64,000 bases of DNA from Azolla caroliniana (Eukaryota; Plantae; Polypodiophyta): NCBI GenBank assembly GCA_043228905.1, contig JBHGNT010000003.1, positions 7,068,001 through 7,132,000 of the forward strand, read 5' to 3'. A program made the position numbers and the translations under genes. Positions 1 through 13,610 of the stretch are shown here, one piece after another. Every line of letters starts with the position of its first letter. The first letter of the stretch is position 1. Below the pieces are notes generated by a model that saw nothing but the letters and a program-made list of their open reading frames with translations, ran no database searches and was not told the origin of the DNA.

Positions 1-188
1 CGATTTCAATGAAGTAACAAACTGAATGATAGTTATTTAGGCACTAAACTGAACCTAGGTTGCATTAATCATTTGTATTTTTTTTACTTAGGATAGAGAT
101 TTGAATATCAGAAAATATAGACTCAAATAGTACCAGAGCATGAAGGTTGAGGATTAAACTCCAATTAGAGTTAGGTTTGATAATTTAT

Positions 189-369
189 TGTTACGGGCAT
201 GACCATATCCCGTGGTAAGTTTTACCGTAGTATTCTATACACGTGAATAAAGTGTGAGTGTATTCTATACTGTAGTATTCTATACACATGGATAAAGTAT
301 GAGGGTTAAATGAGAGTGTAAAGAATACTACGGTAAAACTTACAACGGAATATGGTCATGCCCGTAACA
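189..369. mobile_element. 181-bp non-autonomous TIR element (MITE) with TGT...ACA ends, ~54-bp TIRs and 5-bp TSD
   Basis: Left TGTTACGGGCATGACCATATcCCGTgGTAAGTTTTACCGTAGTATTCT mirrors right AGAATACTACGGTAAAACTTACaACGGaATATGGTCATGCCCGTAACA; TTTAT at 184-188 and 370-374. Confidence 0.85.
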
Positions 370-481
370 TTTATAGTGTTGTGGAACAATATCAATCGAC
401 ACAAATGTAGAGGGCCTCATTACATATGATCTGTTAGCATACTATATCAATTGAGAGCAGCTTATCTATCTTCAAGGATAC

Positions 482-525
<44 letters not shown>

Positions 526-537
526 AGGGAGGGAGGG

Positions 538-2063
538 GCCAAAATGGCCTTTAAGACCAAATAAGATATTACATCTTGAATGTTGTCTTGTCTTTGAGAA
601 CAAATCAAAATAAAATAAATATTACATAGTAAATATAAAAGTAAATAAGATGAAAAGAGAAGAAACGAGGGAATTTGGTTTTTGGCACATGTGAGATTCT
701 CAAGTTAGGTATATTGTAGCTTTTGTCTTCGAAATATCTCTAGCATAGGTCAATCCAAAATGGAAATGTCTCCGAATCGAGGGAAGCACCTATGATGGCG
801 GGAGATAATGGCTTTTATTTGTCGATGACAAGGGTGTCGAGGTCGTGGTCCATGGGGCTGGGGCCTACGTGCACGACAAATTGCTATTGCCTGATCAATT
901 GTAACCCCTTTGTTATGTCTTGGTCTGGAGCCCATTTGTGTATCCCATGATGGACTTGTAGCATTAGTAGGAGTGATGGGGCTAAAGAAAGTTGGATTGT
1001 TCTTTGTGGATGAGCTTGTGTGGCAGTGTTCTTCAACAACTTTTCCCGATGTCTCTTGAGCTCTAGCAAGAAAAGTCCTAGGCATCGTTGGTCCTCATAT
1101 TCCATTACCTTGCGTAGTGGGCCAAAGCCTTGTTTAAAGAGGCAATGGTATCTCCCTCTGATTTCATAAAAGACACGACAATGACAAACATAGTGTTCCT
1201 TAGATTTCACTCCTTGATGACACAATTGGCAAATTCTCTCTTCTAGAGGTAGTTGTGTATATCTGCCTACCTCAATCTGTAGCTGATGTGATGAAGTTCG
1301 CAGCTGCCCTATCACACTACGCAACACATAGGATAGATGTATGTCCATATAAGGTGGCCTGATGACGAATCCATCCTCCGATGCATGTTAGAAGTGCGTC
1401 TTATAGTGGACCATCTTTGTACCAAGTGGTATTTTGTGGGTGGTCCATGTTATCTTATTTTCCAAGTTAATAATATCAGTTCGGATCACTCTATTCTTTT
1501 CCACTTTGGTCATTTTTAGGTGGGGACTGTCCAGGCTATGTTGGAACGGGGGTAGTGCATTTATACTCATGCCATGTGACTCGAACCATTGCTGTATTTC
1601 AGCATACCAACAATGAGTGTCTCCATTTTCAGCCAGTTGTCTTGATGACATAAGTGCCAACCTTGGGTACCTTCATTTAGGGAGCTCCCAAAGACGTTGG
1701 ATAAATGTCACTGATCGGAACAATGCCTCGGTTATTATAGGCGCTGCTCCCATCTCTGCCTGGATTATATATCGTGGGGCACCGATGCTTTGCTTGTGAG
1801 CAATCATTGACACTAAAGGTCTCTCTAAATCTTTCCAATGATTTTCCTTGTCAAGACTCTGTCCCCATGTTTTTACTCCATAGAGAAGAGTTGGAGTGAC
1901 AAGTGTATCAAATAACCATAGCTTAATCTGTGGCTCTTGGAACTGCAAATGTGCACATTGTCTCTTGAGAGCTCCAAGGGCTGCATATCCACAAGAAAGT
2001 CGGGCACAAGCAGCCTCCTGTAAGGAGAACCTAGGTCCTGTAAATGTTATTCCTAGGTATGTG

Positions 2064-2066
<3 letters not shown>
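538..2066 (-). mobile_element. 5'-truncated, degenerate non-LTR retrotransposon (RTEX-like LINE) in an intron
   Basis: ORF pieces 1673-2173, 1388-1660 and 884-1348 give the RT end YTYLGITF, LFDTLVTPTLLYG and C-terminal LRTSSHQLQIEVGRY..EERICQLC..EHYVCHC; (GA)n tracts on both sides (484-519, 2067-2096). Clade assignment is from motif recall. Confidence 0.75.
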
Positions 2067-2099
<33 letters not shown>

Positions 2100-2237
2100 A
2101 CAGAATGTTTAGATGGAGATGGAGATATGAAATTTGTGGTTATTATAAGGTTCTTGTTTCTGGAAACAATCATGCATGAGCATTCTCTGCCTTAAATCCA
2201 TCCATCTAAAATATCTTATAATTACGCTTACATGCAG

Positions 2238-5200
2238 GAACCTGCATACAAGGAACTAGTGCTACTTTACAACGTACCAAATGATGATGCAGATGACATT
2301 CCCAATTTGCAGTTGAAAATATATGGGAAGATCCCGATTCCAGATCTCAAGGTTTGTTAGATCATACTAACAAGGTTAATTCTTTGGATAGTTTAAATGT
2401 TGATAGCCATGAACATTGGGTGTCCCAAAGCTTTTATCTAATCTCATTGGGCTTTTTAAGAAGGATCAATGATGTTGATAACTTTGGTGCTTCATGTACT
2501 CCAATGATATCAGATATTCTGGAGTCCATTTATATCTTGCTGACTTACTAGAAATTTATTGTTGGATTTACTAGAAACAGTATTAGGTTCACACCTTCTC
2601 CATTTCACTAATGTGACAAGTTTTGCTTTGAATGCCATCTTGTATGTTTTTCTTTTGTTCTATTTCAGTGATGGTTGTATGTATGTTTGCCAGGTACTCT
2701 AATTACACTTTGGAGCATGAAGATATAATGACTTATATTCATGGATTTATGTGCAGGTTATCTTCCCAAATAAGAAGCTCTCGTATCGCATTCTAGATAC
2801 AGTATGTTAGTTCTACCATTTTCTTGATTATATGTGATCTATTTCCACTTTACAAATATTTATGCTTGTATATATCTTTACTTGAAAGTTAGATGATGAT
2901 TTAGACTCAAATTTGCTCCCCTCAGTGAGTTATACCTATCTGGGGCAAATGGGACCAAAATTGAGCCTCACTATATTTTATAAGAATAAATGGATAATAT
3001 TATCTAAGAATTAGGTGTTTAACCTTAATGAAATTTAAATATGGCAATGCATTGCTTTCTCTTTGTGACATTTACTACTCCTCATTTCTTGGTTGTCTAC
3101 AAATCTGAAGGGATAATAACACGAGGATCATTAAGTTTTAAATTCTGGATAATAAACTGATTGAGGCCACCTATATCCGCGGTATCATATTTATTTTTGT
3201 CATCATGTTCACTTGTTGTTTTTGAAAGTGCCAATTCATTTCATTCCAAGAATCAAATATCTTCAGATTATTATGTCACATGCTTCACAAGCAATTGGCA
3301 ACCATTTATGTGAAGAAGAGTCTTATAAACATATCCACATTGATGATGACACCGAGGAAGGTCAATATGGTGGCTCTGTGTGTATTGACAAAGGATTATA
3401 TTACCATGATATTAGAAGTAGATGTTAACATCGCCACTGTTTCTGGGAGGAATTTCTGTAGCCACTGAGTATGTGATACTCACTTTGGATGGCTGATGGA
3501 GATGTAAGTATGGGGATTTGCATGCAGATACACAGATGCACCTAATAAAAGCCTTGTTCATTCAATGTTAGAACGTGTATAGATAGATGTATATACAACT
3601 TCATTTGCAAAATCCTAAAAGTGTGGGATTGCAGTTGCATTATTTCATTCATGTCTGATGCATAAGATAAGACAAAATGCCGTTTTTGTATTGCACTCAT
3701 GGGCAATGCTAGCATGTGAGTGAACACAATTAGAAGGATTGCAATAATAGAGAACTTTATTTCTCACCGATTTGGTCTCTTGCAGATATTTGGGTTCACA
3801 TTGTCTATGCCCAAGAACATTAGTGAGCTAGAAAACCTTGTCTCATGTACATCTGCCTGATTGAATTTTGTGCATACAACTCTCTTATTTTCATAAGAGT
3901 GATAGCAACTCTATATTCCACGACTTCTAATATATTGGCCCATTTCTCTGAGAAAATATAGCTTGGACGCTGGAGTACGTAATTTTTTTGGTTTGATATT
4001 GCAATATATGATTATTTCACAATTTATAACACAGCTTAATCTGATCTATGTTTTGCAGGTTCGTTTAGATATTGCAACTATCATAGGGCTTCTTGCTTTC
4101 CTAATCAATTATCGGTTTGATGACTTTCTAAGTTCTCCGTGAGTTATTTGTCTCATGCTTTTATTTGATTACATTTAGAATCAAACCATAGAATCTTTAA
4201 ATGCACTCTTATATTCATAACTATTACATGACATGTTTGAAATTCGTAACATGGTTCTAAAAGTCTGGATCTTTTATTTGTAACAGGTCTGCATTTTTGC
4301 TTGATATTATTGCATCTTCTGCTCTGATTGTGTACCTGTCACGTGTGGTTCTAGGATACAAGCAAACATTTGATCGATATCAGGTTTAGCATATATCTCA
4401 ATCACTACATTGCCATACATTTTTATTTTGGAAGGATTCAGCATTATTTTAAAAGTTTCTTATATGACAGCTTCTTGTAAATAAGACCCTATATGAGAAA
4501 ACACTTGCTAGTGGCTTTGGAGCAGTTCATTTTCTTGTTGATGCCTCTGAACAACAAGAAGTAAGAGATCTTTCAAGTACATTTTCCTTTTGCTTGTTTC
4601 TTTTATTTCAATCATCAAATAGAGATGAAAATGAAGCTGCTGTAGTCTTTTGAAAATTTCTCATGTTAGTTTTTCTTATTTATGCTACCAGTTCAAAGAA
4701 TCCATTTTGGCTTTTGCCATGCTGATGCAAGCAAAGATCAACGAGGTATGTTTTTTATTGTTCCATGTATATTTCAGAGCTTTAAATCTTTAATGAAGTC
4801 AAATTAGAATAATTGCATTAATCTGGGATTCCTTATGAGAATGGTTTATTTTACCACATTATTTTCCCACTGTATGTAACAAGTGAACAATTTCAACATG
4901 TGCCATGATAAATTTGTGAAAGGACATGTGAGAGACCCCAGAAGTGGCTGGAAGTTCGGAGAGTATCTCATAGAAGGGGCTCAATAAATAGCATGTAATG
5001 AGGATATTGTACCATGTTGACTCCAAGCACATCTATGAGGGCCTCCCTATATTGCCACATTCTATTAGAGAAGTGTCATATACCTGCAGGTACCACAATT
5101 TCCCTTTTTCCATCATTACAACAGTAACCTTCCCAAGGAACAACATAGGACATCAATTGGGTTTTTATTGAAACTCAATGAGATAAACTTAAACACAGTG

Positions 5201-6917
5201 TCTCTGAGCATCATTCAGGGGTATATAGCATGGAAGCTTGAAAAATAGACAAGCCCTTGTAAGCCAAGAGTGGATTACTTAGATATTTATAAGATACTAG
5301 CTGAAATAGGAAGGTGGTCTTTTGGCTGAATCATCAATATTGCATTGATAGATATAAATCATAGTGTAGAGATGTTGACAAGAATTCATGCTGACAGTTG
5401 CCAACCTCTAGAGGGGGATTTTAGGAGGAGCATAATATCATAGACATTATGATGATCTTGGTATATTATGAAGTTCTCTAGAGATTCTGGAAAAAATAAT
5501 GAAGATGTACAAATTTCCTAGGATATGAATTATGTAGAAATTTCGCAAAAATTCTAGAAGTTTCATGAAGCTCTTTACATTTCTTGAAACTGCTACCCGA
5601 AGGATGTCATAGTTGCATGTGTCATTGGTTATGCTGTTTATTGTTGACCATGAACTAGAAGATTCTTAGCTTTATTGATAGTTGACTTTCTACAATGATC
5701 AATATTCAACTTTCACACCTAGTATTGACAATACCTGTTATGCAGGTCATGCTAGGTATGTCTTTCATGGTTACATTCTTGTCATGTTACTTATTTTTGT
5801 CTTGTATTCAAAACTTAATTTGTATTGCCAATAATCTTCAGTTATTCCTTATATTCTATATGTCTTGTATCGATGTATTGTATCAATAATCTGACTTGAT
5901 CATCTTACATGTATAGATAATGGGATCCTTTAGTCAGTTTTTGGTTTAATTGTTATGTAATTACATTTATTTTGGTCTACTGTTCTCAAAGACGAGACAA
6001 CATTTTATGATGCAATCTCTTCGTTGGCCTCTTAAAAGGACGTTAATATATCTTTCTATCCATTGTTCTATCATTTCTTTGCTTGTCATTATTTGTAAGG
6101 AATATTGAATGTATGTTGAGAACTAAGGATAAAATGATAAGATCCTGAGGATAAAATTGTAGGAATTATACAGATTTGGCCAAGCATTGCTTCCTCTACT
6201 CTTGATTAGGATCATCTCTTGATTTCTGCTTTTTGTGACCTTTTCAAACATGGCCATTATCCATTAAAACAATAAATTGATTGCTTAATAAGTAAATAAA
6301 TCATTAAACAGGGCTCAGAAGGAAATTCTAATATTCATCATGTTAAGATGAAGGTAAAGAACTGAATCTAATGAAGATTTCTGTTTCCCAGGTGGAAACT
6401 CGGGAAAGTCTTTGTGTGGAGTGTGAACAATTCCTGTTAAGCCACTTCAAAGAGCAGGTTTATACATTTGAAGCATTCAGGGATCCCTTTGGAAGTTTAA
6501 ATAAATGAAATAAGTGTATTGTGTGTTTTAGTTTTCATGTAAAGTAGAAATCAAACAATGTAGAAGGATAAATTTGATGTGAAGTAGAATCTAATGATGG
6601 AGAACTGTTGAAGAAATAGGTCTAGTGTAAGCATTACGTTTCAAGTAAATCAGAAACATGATTGAGAACTATTTATGTTGCAGGTTGAAATGCCAATTGA
6701 TGAGGCTCTCAAAACTCTGTCAAGGTTAGGACTTGTTATGGAAAAGAAAACTGCTTCCAGTAACGGTGCAGGTCTCGTGGAATCTCCCCACATTCTTCCT
6801 AATAGGAAACCTGTAGAAGTTTTGCAAAATAGGTGGAATGAACTTCTTGAGGATGGATCAATGTCAACGACGTTTTTGAGTTCCTTGTATCACAACTACC
6901 GAACAAAACAATATTGA
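2238..6917 (+). CDS. DUF3754-family protein, 3' exons only (5' exons lie outside the window)
   Basis: GT-AG exons 2238-2351, 2757-2801, 4059-4138, 4287-4383, 4471-4560, 4692-4745, 6392-6457, 6684-6917 splice in frame: EPAYKELVLLY..KIPIPDLK/VIFPNKKL../LLVNKTLYEKTLASGFGAVHFLVDASEQQE/FKESILA../VEMPIDEALKTLSRLGLV. Confidence 0.88.
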
Positions 6918-7889
6918 TTATCTTTATTTTGTGAATATTTGTTGTGCATTTGATGATGCACAGACCCATTGAAGATGATCAATTACAAAAATGGGGATTC
7001 TGTATTTGGTATGTAATTGGTTGGAGACTTGAAGCATCAATTGTAATTTGAACACCAACCACTTCATTATTAAAGGCCTAAATAGTGCATTAAGACGGGC
7101 ACAATGGAGAACCATTATCAATCTACACTCCATTGAGCAAAGAATGTGAAGAACGGAGGCAATGAGTTCTGCAATTTAAAAGGCATATGGGCCATAACAC
7201 AAGGAGATAATCGCTCCCCATGTCTGGGCTACCCAGATGCAGTCATCGTAAATCGTTCCCTTGTACCACACCAACAAAAAATCACAGGTCTTTGCCTTCA
7301 TACACCTTCATACTAGTTACTCCATGCTTTTAAAATTATCTCAAAAATCTTTACTGATTGTGAATTAAGATCATTAACATTGATCTTTGTAATCATGATA
7401 AGATAACATGGTATCAACCAATTCTTTATTTGCTTTATTGCCGGCAAGATGTATATTCTTTATTTTGCTTGGTATCAAGCATTTTATCATAGCTTGGACT
7501 CTGAGGTTGTTTGGGGTCGTTAATATCAAAGCTTCATATCATATCCTGTACTTGTGATGCACAGTAACATATGAAGTATTATTGTGTGCCCTCAAGCATA
7601 CTTGATAATTGACATTGCTTAGGAAGATATTGATATCATTTTAAAGAGCATGCACACATGGCTTCTTGAATTTATGTACCTTGTCTTATTGTCCTTTATG
7701 TTCTACATCTCAGTACCTAGCTCATGTATATCTTGTATATTGTTTATTGTATATTGTGAGCATTCTGTTTTCTTTATATTTTTCTTGTTAGTGCATGGGT
7801 TGGAAAGAATGGTGAAAGATGGCTCATGGATAAATTGGTTTTTTGAAAACACAATACTATCTATACATTATGTTGTCACTCTTTGAGTA

Positions 7890-8130
7890 CTATAGAGGAA
7901 AATTATTTGAAATGTAAAGGATTGGATTGTTGCTTTGTAGGTTTTACGAAAGCTTTTAATATGGTGCCCCGTGAACATATTTGGAAAAGCATAAAAGAAC
8001 TTGAGGTACCAAGCCAATATATATGCTTACAATTTATGAAATTTATGAGAAAGTAATATGCAATGTGTGTATGAGAGATGGAATTTTAAATTTTGTTCTA
8101 TAATGCTACTGGTGATGAGCATGGATACCC
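7890..8130 (+). mobile_element. Eroded LINE reverse-transcriptase fragment
   Basis: TGCTTTGTAGGTTTTACGAAAGCTTTTAATATGGTGCCCCGTGAACATATTTGG reads CFVGFTKAFNMVPREHIW, resembling the RT motif FvDFxKAFDxV. Confidence 0.5.
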
Positions 8131-9818
8131 ACAACATGCAAATGGTGGAATATGATAGTACTATACAAGCTGCACATAGATGCAAAGATCACGACACATT
8201 AAATTGTACCTTATTTATGTAGTCACGACATAATGGAATAAAGATGTTAAGGTGGTATTGAAGCTCCCCGGTACTTGGAGTGAAGCTTGTTTTTGTTTAG
8301 CCATCTTGTGCAAGTCTCTCTCTCTCTCTCTAAATTAACCCCTCAAGATTAATTTTGTGTTTTTATTCTTATGCAAATATTGTTACACACTAATAAATTT
8401 GACTTCAAAATGTACTAGTACAAATGAACACTTAAGTTGCCTCTATTGTTCCACCAATGGGTTCTACAACCTTTGACATGCCCATCATCTCCCTTATGGT
8501 TCTAAATCCCTTCTCCCTGAACTAAATGCTATGCTAGCAGACGAGGTGGCCCTACTTGAACATTTCAAATGCAAGCATGCAATTGCCTAAGTTGTGAGTA
8601 GTGACCACACCACCACAACCCTCAATATTGCCCCCTATGTTGTGCCTCTAATGCTACCACCACACACCTACCCACCCCTCTCCCCTTGCCCTTGCTTCAA
8701 ACAATCCTAGAACACCCATAAGTACCTCCTTTCCCACCTATACCCACTAGACTGTTTCTTGTCCTATGCTCCTTGACATGTAGGTTAGTCATATATACTT
8801 CCATGCTTCATTTGCCTTTTTTTCATTCCTTTTTTATTTTGTTGTCTCTTAGCTAGGCACATTATCAAACCTACTAGGACCACGAGAACTTATTTTTCTT
8901 TCTTGTGATCACTCAAAATTTTGTCTCTTACTCTTTCTCTATGAATGCTAATAAATGTTGTCCACTATTGGCCTCTCTACAGACACTAAAAAATATCTAA
9001 TCTTAGTTAAGACCTTCAAGCATAGTTCACATGAGCAATCATGCTGCTCCATACTCACCATCATAGTCTTGAGTTGAAAACAACGCTTGGAGATGGCTAG
9101 CTAGATCAAATTGTTTTTTCATAATCTATAATAATCATGGGATCAAGGGTGAGAAGCTCACCTCATGGACACATATATGAGCTCGCTAAAACATAAGATT
9201 AATCTTAAGAACATTCATGAGCCCCATATGTCTATACCAACAAAGAGATTGTCTACAACACACATTTTTTGTCTCATTGGTCATGTTTCTTGCAAATTGG
9301 TGAAGTAAAATTATTACCATCATCTATCTATACTAAGGTGTTATAGATTATTTGCTACCATGAGTAATGATTTGCCTCTATCATAGCATAGTTTGCAAAA
9401 CACAACTTGAACTTCATATTAGTATAAGAGAGTTCGAGATGATCTAGAACGCAAATAATGAGGTCTCCCTTAAAAACCAAGATCATGTATCATAACAATG
9501 ACTTGGATAAACACAGCCACAATTAATAAAATCATGCCTGAATAAATACTTGCAACCGGATACTTCATTATCACAAAGGTTAATAAAACAACAATAAGTT
9601 ACTTACCGTTTTCCCCTTAGAAATCCAAAGTGATTTTCAGGAAAGAAATCCCGCTCTTTTACAATGATTTAAGAGCCTTACAAAGATGGTGCTAAATCAA
9701 CACTTAAAGCACCTTGATTAGCAGAAAGGGTCCACTAATCTCCTATAGATAAAGACATTAAGCAAGATATAATTAAGGCTATTAATGTTTAGCTTTGAGA
9801 GGACATCATCATTATCAT

Positions 9819-10891
9819 TAGCAATGGGCACGGTTTCGGCTCAATCCGATTTGGACCGTTAAGCCATGGTTTAACAGTTTATTGGTTCCAGAAGATTTTA
9901 ATGGTTTGGTTTAGTTTGGATTTTCGATAAACGGTTAGGTTCAATTCTAAAACTCGGGTTTATAGGTTTTTGGTTAACTTTTTTTAAACCTTAATTGTTT
10001 ATTTAATTTAATGGTTCAATTAAAGTTTATTTTATTGATTTAATAAATTTAACTTAAATGCTTATTTAATTTAATGTATTTTTATTTATTTAGATGTTTA
10101 ATTAGTTTGACGTAAGTGGTTGGTTAAATTTTTTTATTAAATGGTTCGGTTTGGTTTTAACTTTTCCCTAAATGGTTTGGTTTCATCTTTTTTTGAAATG
10201 GTTTGGTTTAAATACTGAGAATGTTTCAATCATTCCAAAATGGTAAACACCCTCGAAGAATGGTAAACACCGTACTTTTGGATAAATTATTTATTATAAG
10301 ATAAATCTTTTTTCAAGGTAAAAAAATTAAGAAAATTACAAAAAACAGATTACCTTCTTAATAAGAAAGAAATTATAATTACAAAATAATTACAGAAAGT
10401 ACAAAAAAACTTGCAAAATTACTGAAATTTATGTATTACATAGCACATACTACATACTATGACCTAAAGTTTAAAGAACTTTAAACTTTATTACTAACCT
10501 TAAACATACTTGAATGCAAGAGGAAGGAAACTTGCTATGCAAAGAAATTAATGGCCGGGAGAAGATGTATAGTCAGTGACTCACTAGTGTGGCAGCACTA
10601 TGCAGGCTCAAGGGCTCAAGCAACAGATCGAGGAGAGGAGAGCGTAGCGTTGAAGTGTAGAGGGAAAAAGGGAAAAAAGAGGGGAAAAACACACACACGA
10701 ATGCTTGAATAATATTCGTGTTCGTTTTCCAACGTATACAAACGAATGATATGGCAGACAGACGAACACCAGTTTTACGTACTATGAAGTCTGAGAGTTC
10801 ATAAACGGTTCGGTTTTCGGTTTTCGGTTTAAATAAACGGTTCGGTTCGGTTTCAAGGCAAAGAAACCGAACCGAACCGTGCCCATTGCTA
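9819..10891. mobile_element. Non-autonomous hAT element (1073 bp)
   Basis: TIRs TAGCAATGGGCACGGTT / AACCGTGCCCATTGCTA; 8-bp TSD ATTATCAT at 9811-9818 and 10892-10899; subterminal AACCG/CGGTT repeats typical of hAT. Confidence 0.9.
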
Positions 10892-10977
10892 ATTATCATC
10901 ATAAGTCTCATAACCACCACACACATACACATATGCTCTGTCCATGGCTTCTTGTTGAAGCTTTCTCCATTCTTTCT

Positions 10978-13610
10978 ATGGCCATTGCTATGGCTATGTC
11001 CTCCTCTTCCTCCTGCTGCCTGAACTTAGGGCTCCCACTGTCTTCATCGCCATCTACAGGAGATCGCTCCATAATCTCAGCTTCTCTACATTCCTACGGA
11101 GGATCTAATTCGGTCTCTTCTCCTTCATCGAGGAGAAGGCGCAGGGTTTGTTGCACGAGCCGGCAGTTGCAACAACGACCTACCGATGCTGGTCCTGTGG
11201 TCATAGTTCCGGGATGGTTTTCCGATAGCTCTCAGTACGAAGCTATGTCTTCCTACCTCCGTTCCAAGGGCCTTCAAACACTGGTATGTTCTCTGTCTTC
11301 TAGTTTATTACTTCGTGTTTTCCCGTTTATGATCTTATTATAATGCTTGCAGTTGCTTTAGTCATTCGAAATATGCAATTGTTTCTGGTCGTATGATCAT
11401 ACATGTAAATCATACGTTGAGGCCATCTCATGGACCCTGCCATTTGAAAATCATAAAGGTTCTCTCTTGTATACCATAGGAAAGCATCCTGCATTGAAGC
11501 CCTCTCATGTCCCATACGATCGGAAAACATCATATGTTGAACCTCTTATGTATCATACAATGGGAGGGAAGCAAACACATTTATACCTTGGGAAGTCTTA
11601 CTGCACCTTCATGTAGAGAGTTGTTTCCTTCCTTGATATGAGAGAACACGGTATTTAGATGAGAATAGCAAGAACGAAAAAATAGCAATGGAGTTTGTGT
11701 GCCACTTCCAGTATGCAAAGAACCAATCTTTTGAGTTCCTCTTAACATTGGAGATAACCAACAACATTCATTCAATGGAAAGTGACTCCGTAACTTGGGG
11801 AAATAAAATAAAATGTCATATTAACGTCTTCAGAAGTCTAAACTGATATGTGAAAGCCAAGTTACAGGCATGTGAATCGTATAGAAGTATAGTAAAAGAA
11901 AGCAAACATAAATTCAACGTAAAGTATGTGGAAAACATAAAACTGATATTGTGTTGTGTAGACAGACATATTGATATTTGACAAAATATCATCTGATAAC
12001 TTCTGTATATTGCCTCTGTGTTTGATTTTATACTCTTTTGCAGACAGATTGTACCATTAAAGTGGTACAACTGGATTCCATCTCTTGGAGGTCGTTCTGT
12101 ACGGCCTATTTTAGACAGAATAGATGCAACTATTGGTCTTGCTCTTAAGATAGAGTAAGCGTTTACAGTATGTTTTATTTCTTCATGTCTTGGCTGTGAA
12201 ATCATAGATAAATAAAGCAGAAATTTCCTACCATGAAAAGGTTTGATTTGAGTGAAACTGTTCCTGAAGGGAGGAGATTGAAAGCTTGGATAAGGATGTA
12301 TCCTATCAATTTGGAGAAAAAACATATCAGTACACAGTTTGGGACTTTGTAAAGGAATTCCTGAATCCTAGAAATGGAGCACAACCTCCATTACAGATCA
12401 GGGAAGAAATAATTCCTCCAGAAAAATCTCTAAATAAAGTCACTTTGGTGGCACATTCGGCAGGTGGATGGATTTGTCGTATTCTGGTATGCTATTTTTT
12501 AATTTTACTTCTTTGTTCAGTATTCGCCCTAAAAAATTTATTTACTGAATTCCATTCTTAAAATAATTTATTAGCTCGGGCGGAAAGTTCCTTATGATGG
12601 GAAGATATATGGAGCTTCAGAAAATGTTAGAGCATTGATTACACTGGGAACACCTCATGTGTGCACGGTGTGTTTTGAACATTGATTATTAAATAAATTT
12701 CTCTACTGTATCCATGGTTAATATACATTATAAGAATTGAAAATCGGTAAGATTGGCAGGACAAGCTTACGAAAAGGAATATGGACTTTGTAAATGAGAA
12801 TTATCCAGGGACTGCTGAGGGAGACCAAGGAGTGGATTATGTCTGTATTTCTGGGAAGTCCTCTCGAGGAGAATCCCGACTAGGGGGTCTGTTAAAGGTA
12901 AAAATTTTAAAAACTTTCATAGGATTTATATTATTTTTATCATTGCTGAAACTTACAGTTTGCCCATTTTCAAACCCACAGGATTTTGTGTGGCAAAGCT
13001 ATGAACTATGTTGTGGAAGAGGAGATGTTTGGGGAGATGGAGTCATTCCTATAGACTGTGCGATTGCTTTGGAGGGTGCTCACTCCACAATTCTAGAAGG
13101 TTTTTATATAGTTCTTAACATTCCCCATGTTTATTATTTTATTTAGACATGATGAGGTAATAAAGGAAAAACTCAGAAATACCCCCAGCTCGATCTTTTT
13201 TTCCTCAAATTCCCTTTAGTGTTCGTTATTTCTCCAATTGAACATCTGAAAGAGGAAATATATTTGCTATTTGAGCAAATCATCTAGTCAATTTCTTCTC
13301 TTTTTCTCAATAAGATGTGCTGTTTGAGCAATCATATGGTCAAAGGGTTATGGGTGTTTGGGAAATAACGAAAAATCAGGGGCATCTGGGAAAACAAAGA
13401 AAAAGTCAAGGGTACTTTGGAGTTCTTCCCCATTAGAAGTTTGTGGAAAGTCAGTATTACCATTTTGATGCTTTTATAACTGCATTTGTATTGTTGGAAG
13501 CAGGAGTTGAACATTTTCCAGCTGTTCCAGGACAAGAGAGGAGATGGTATGGATCACCAGAGATTGTTGACAAATGGCTTCCTTTGTTGCTAAAATCATC
13601 TTCACAATAG
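10978..13610 (+). CDS. Alpha/beta-hydrolase (esterase/lipase, PGAP1-like fold) with Ser-rich N-terminal transit-like peptide
   Basis: Exons 10978-11283, 12048-12154, 12270-12486, 12575-12667, 12760-12897, 12982-13099, 13504-13610 splice in frame; PVVIVPGW, nucleophile elbow VAHSAGGW, LITLGTPH, WGDGVIP, WYGSPEIVDKW; alternative in-frame ATG at 10933. Confidence 0.88.
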
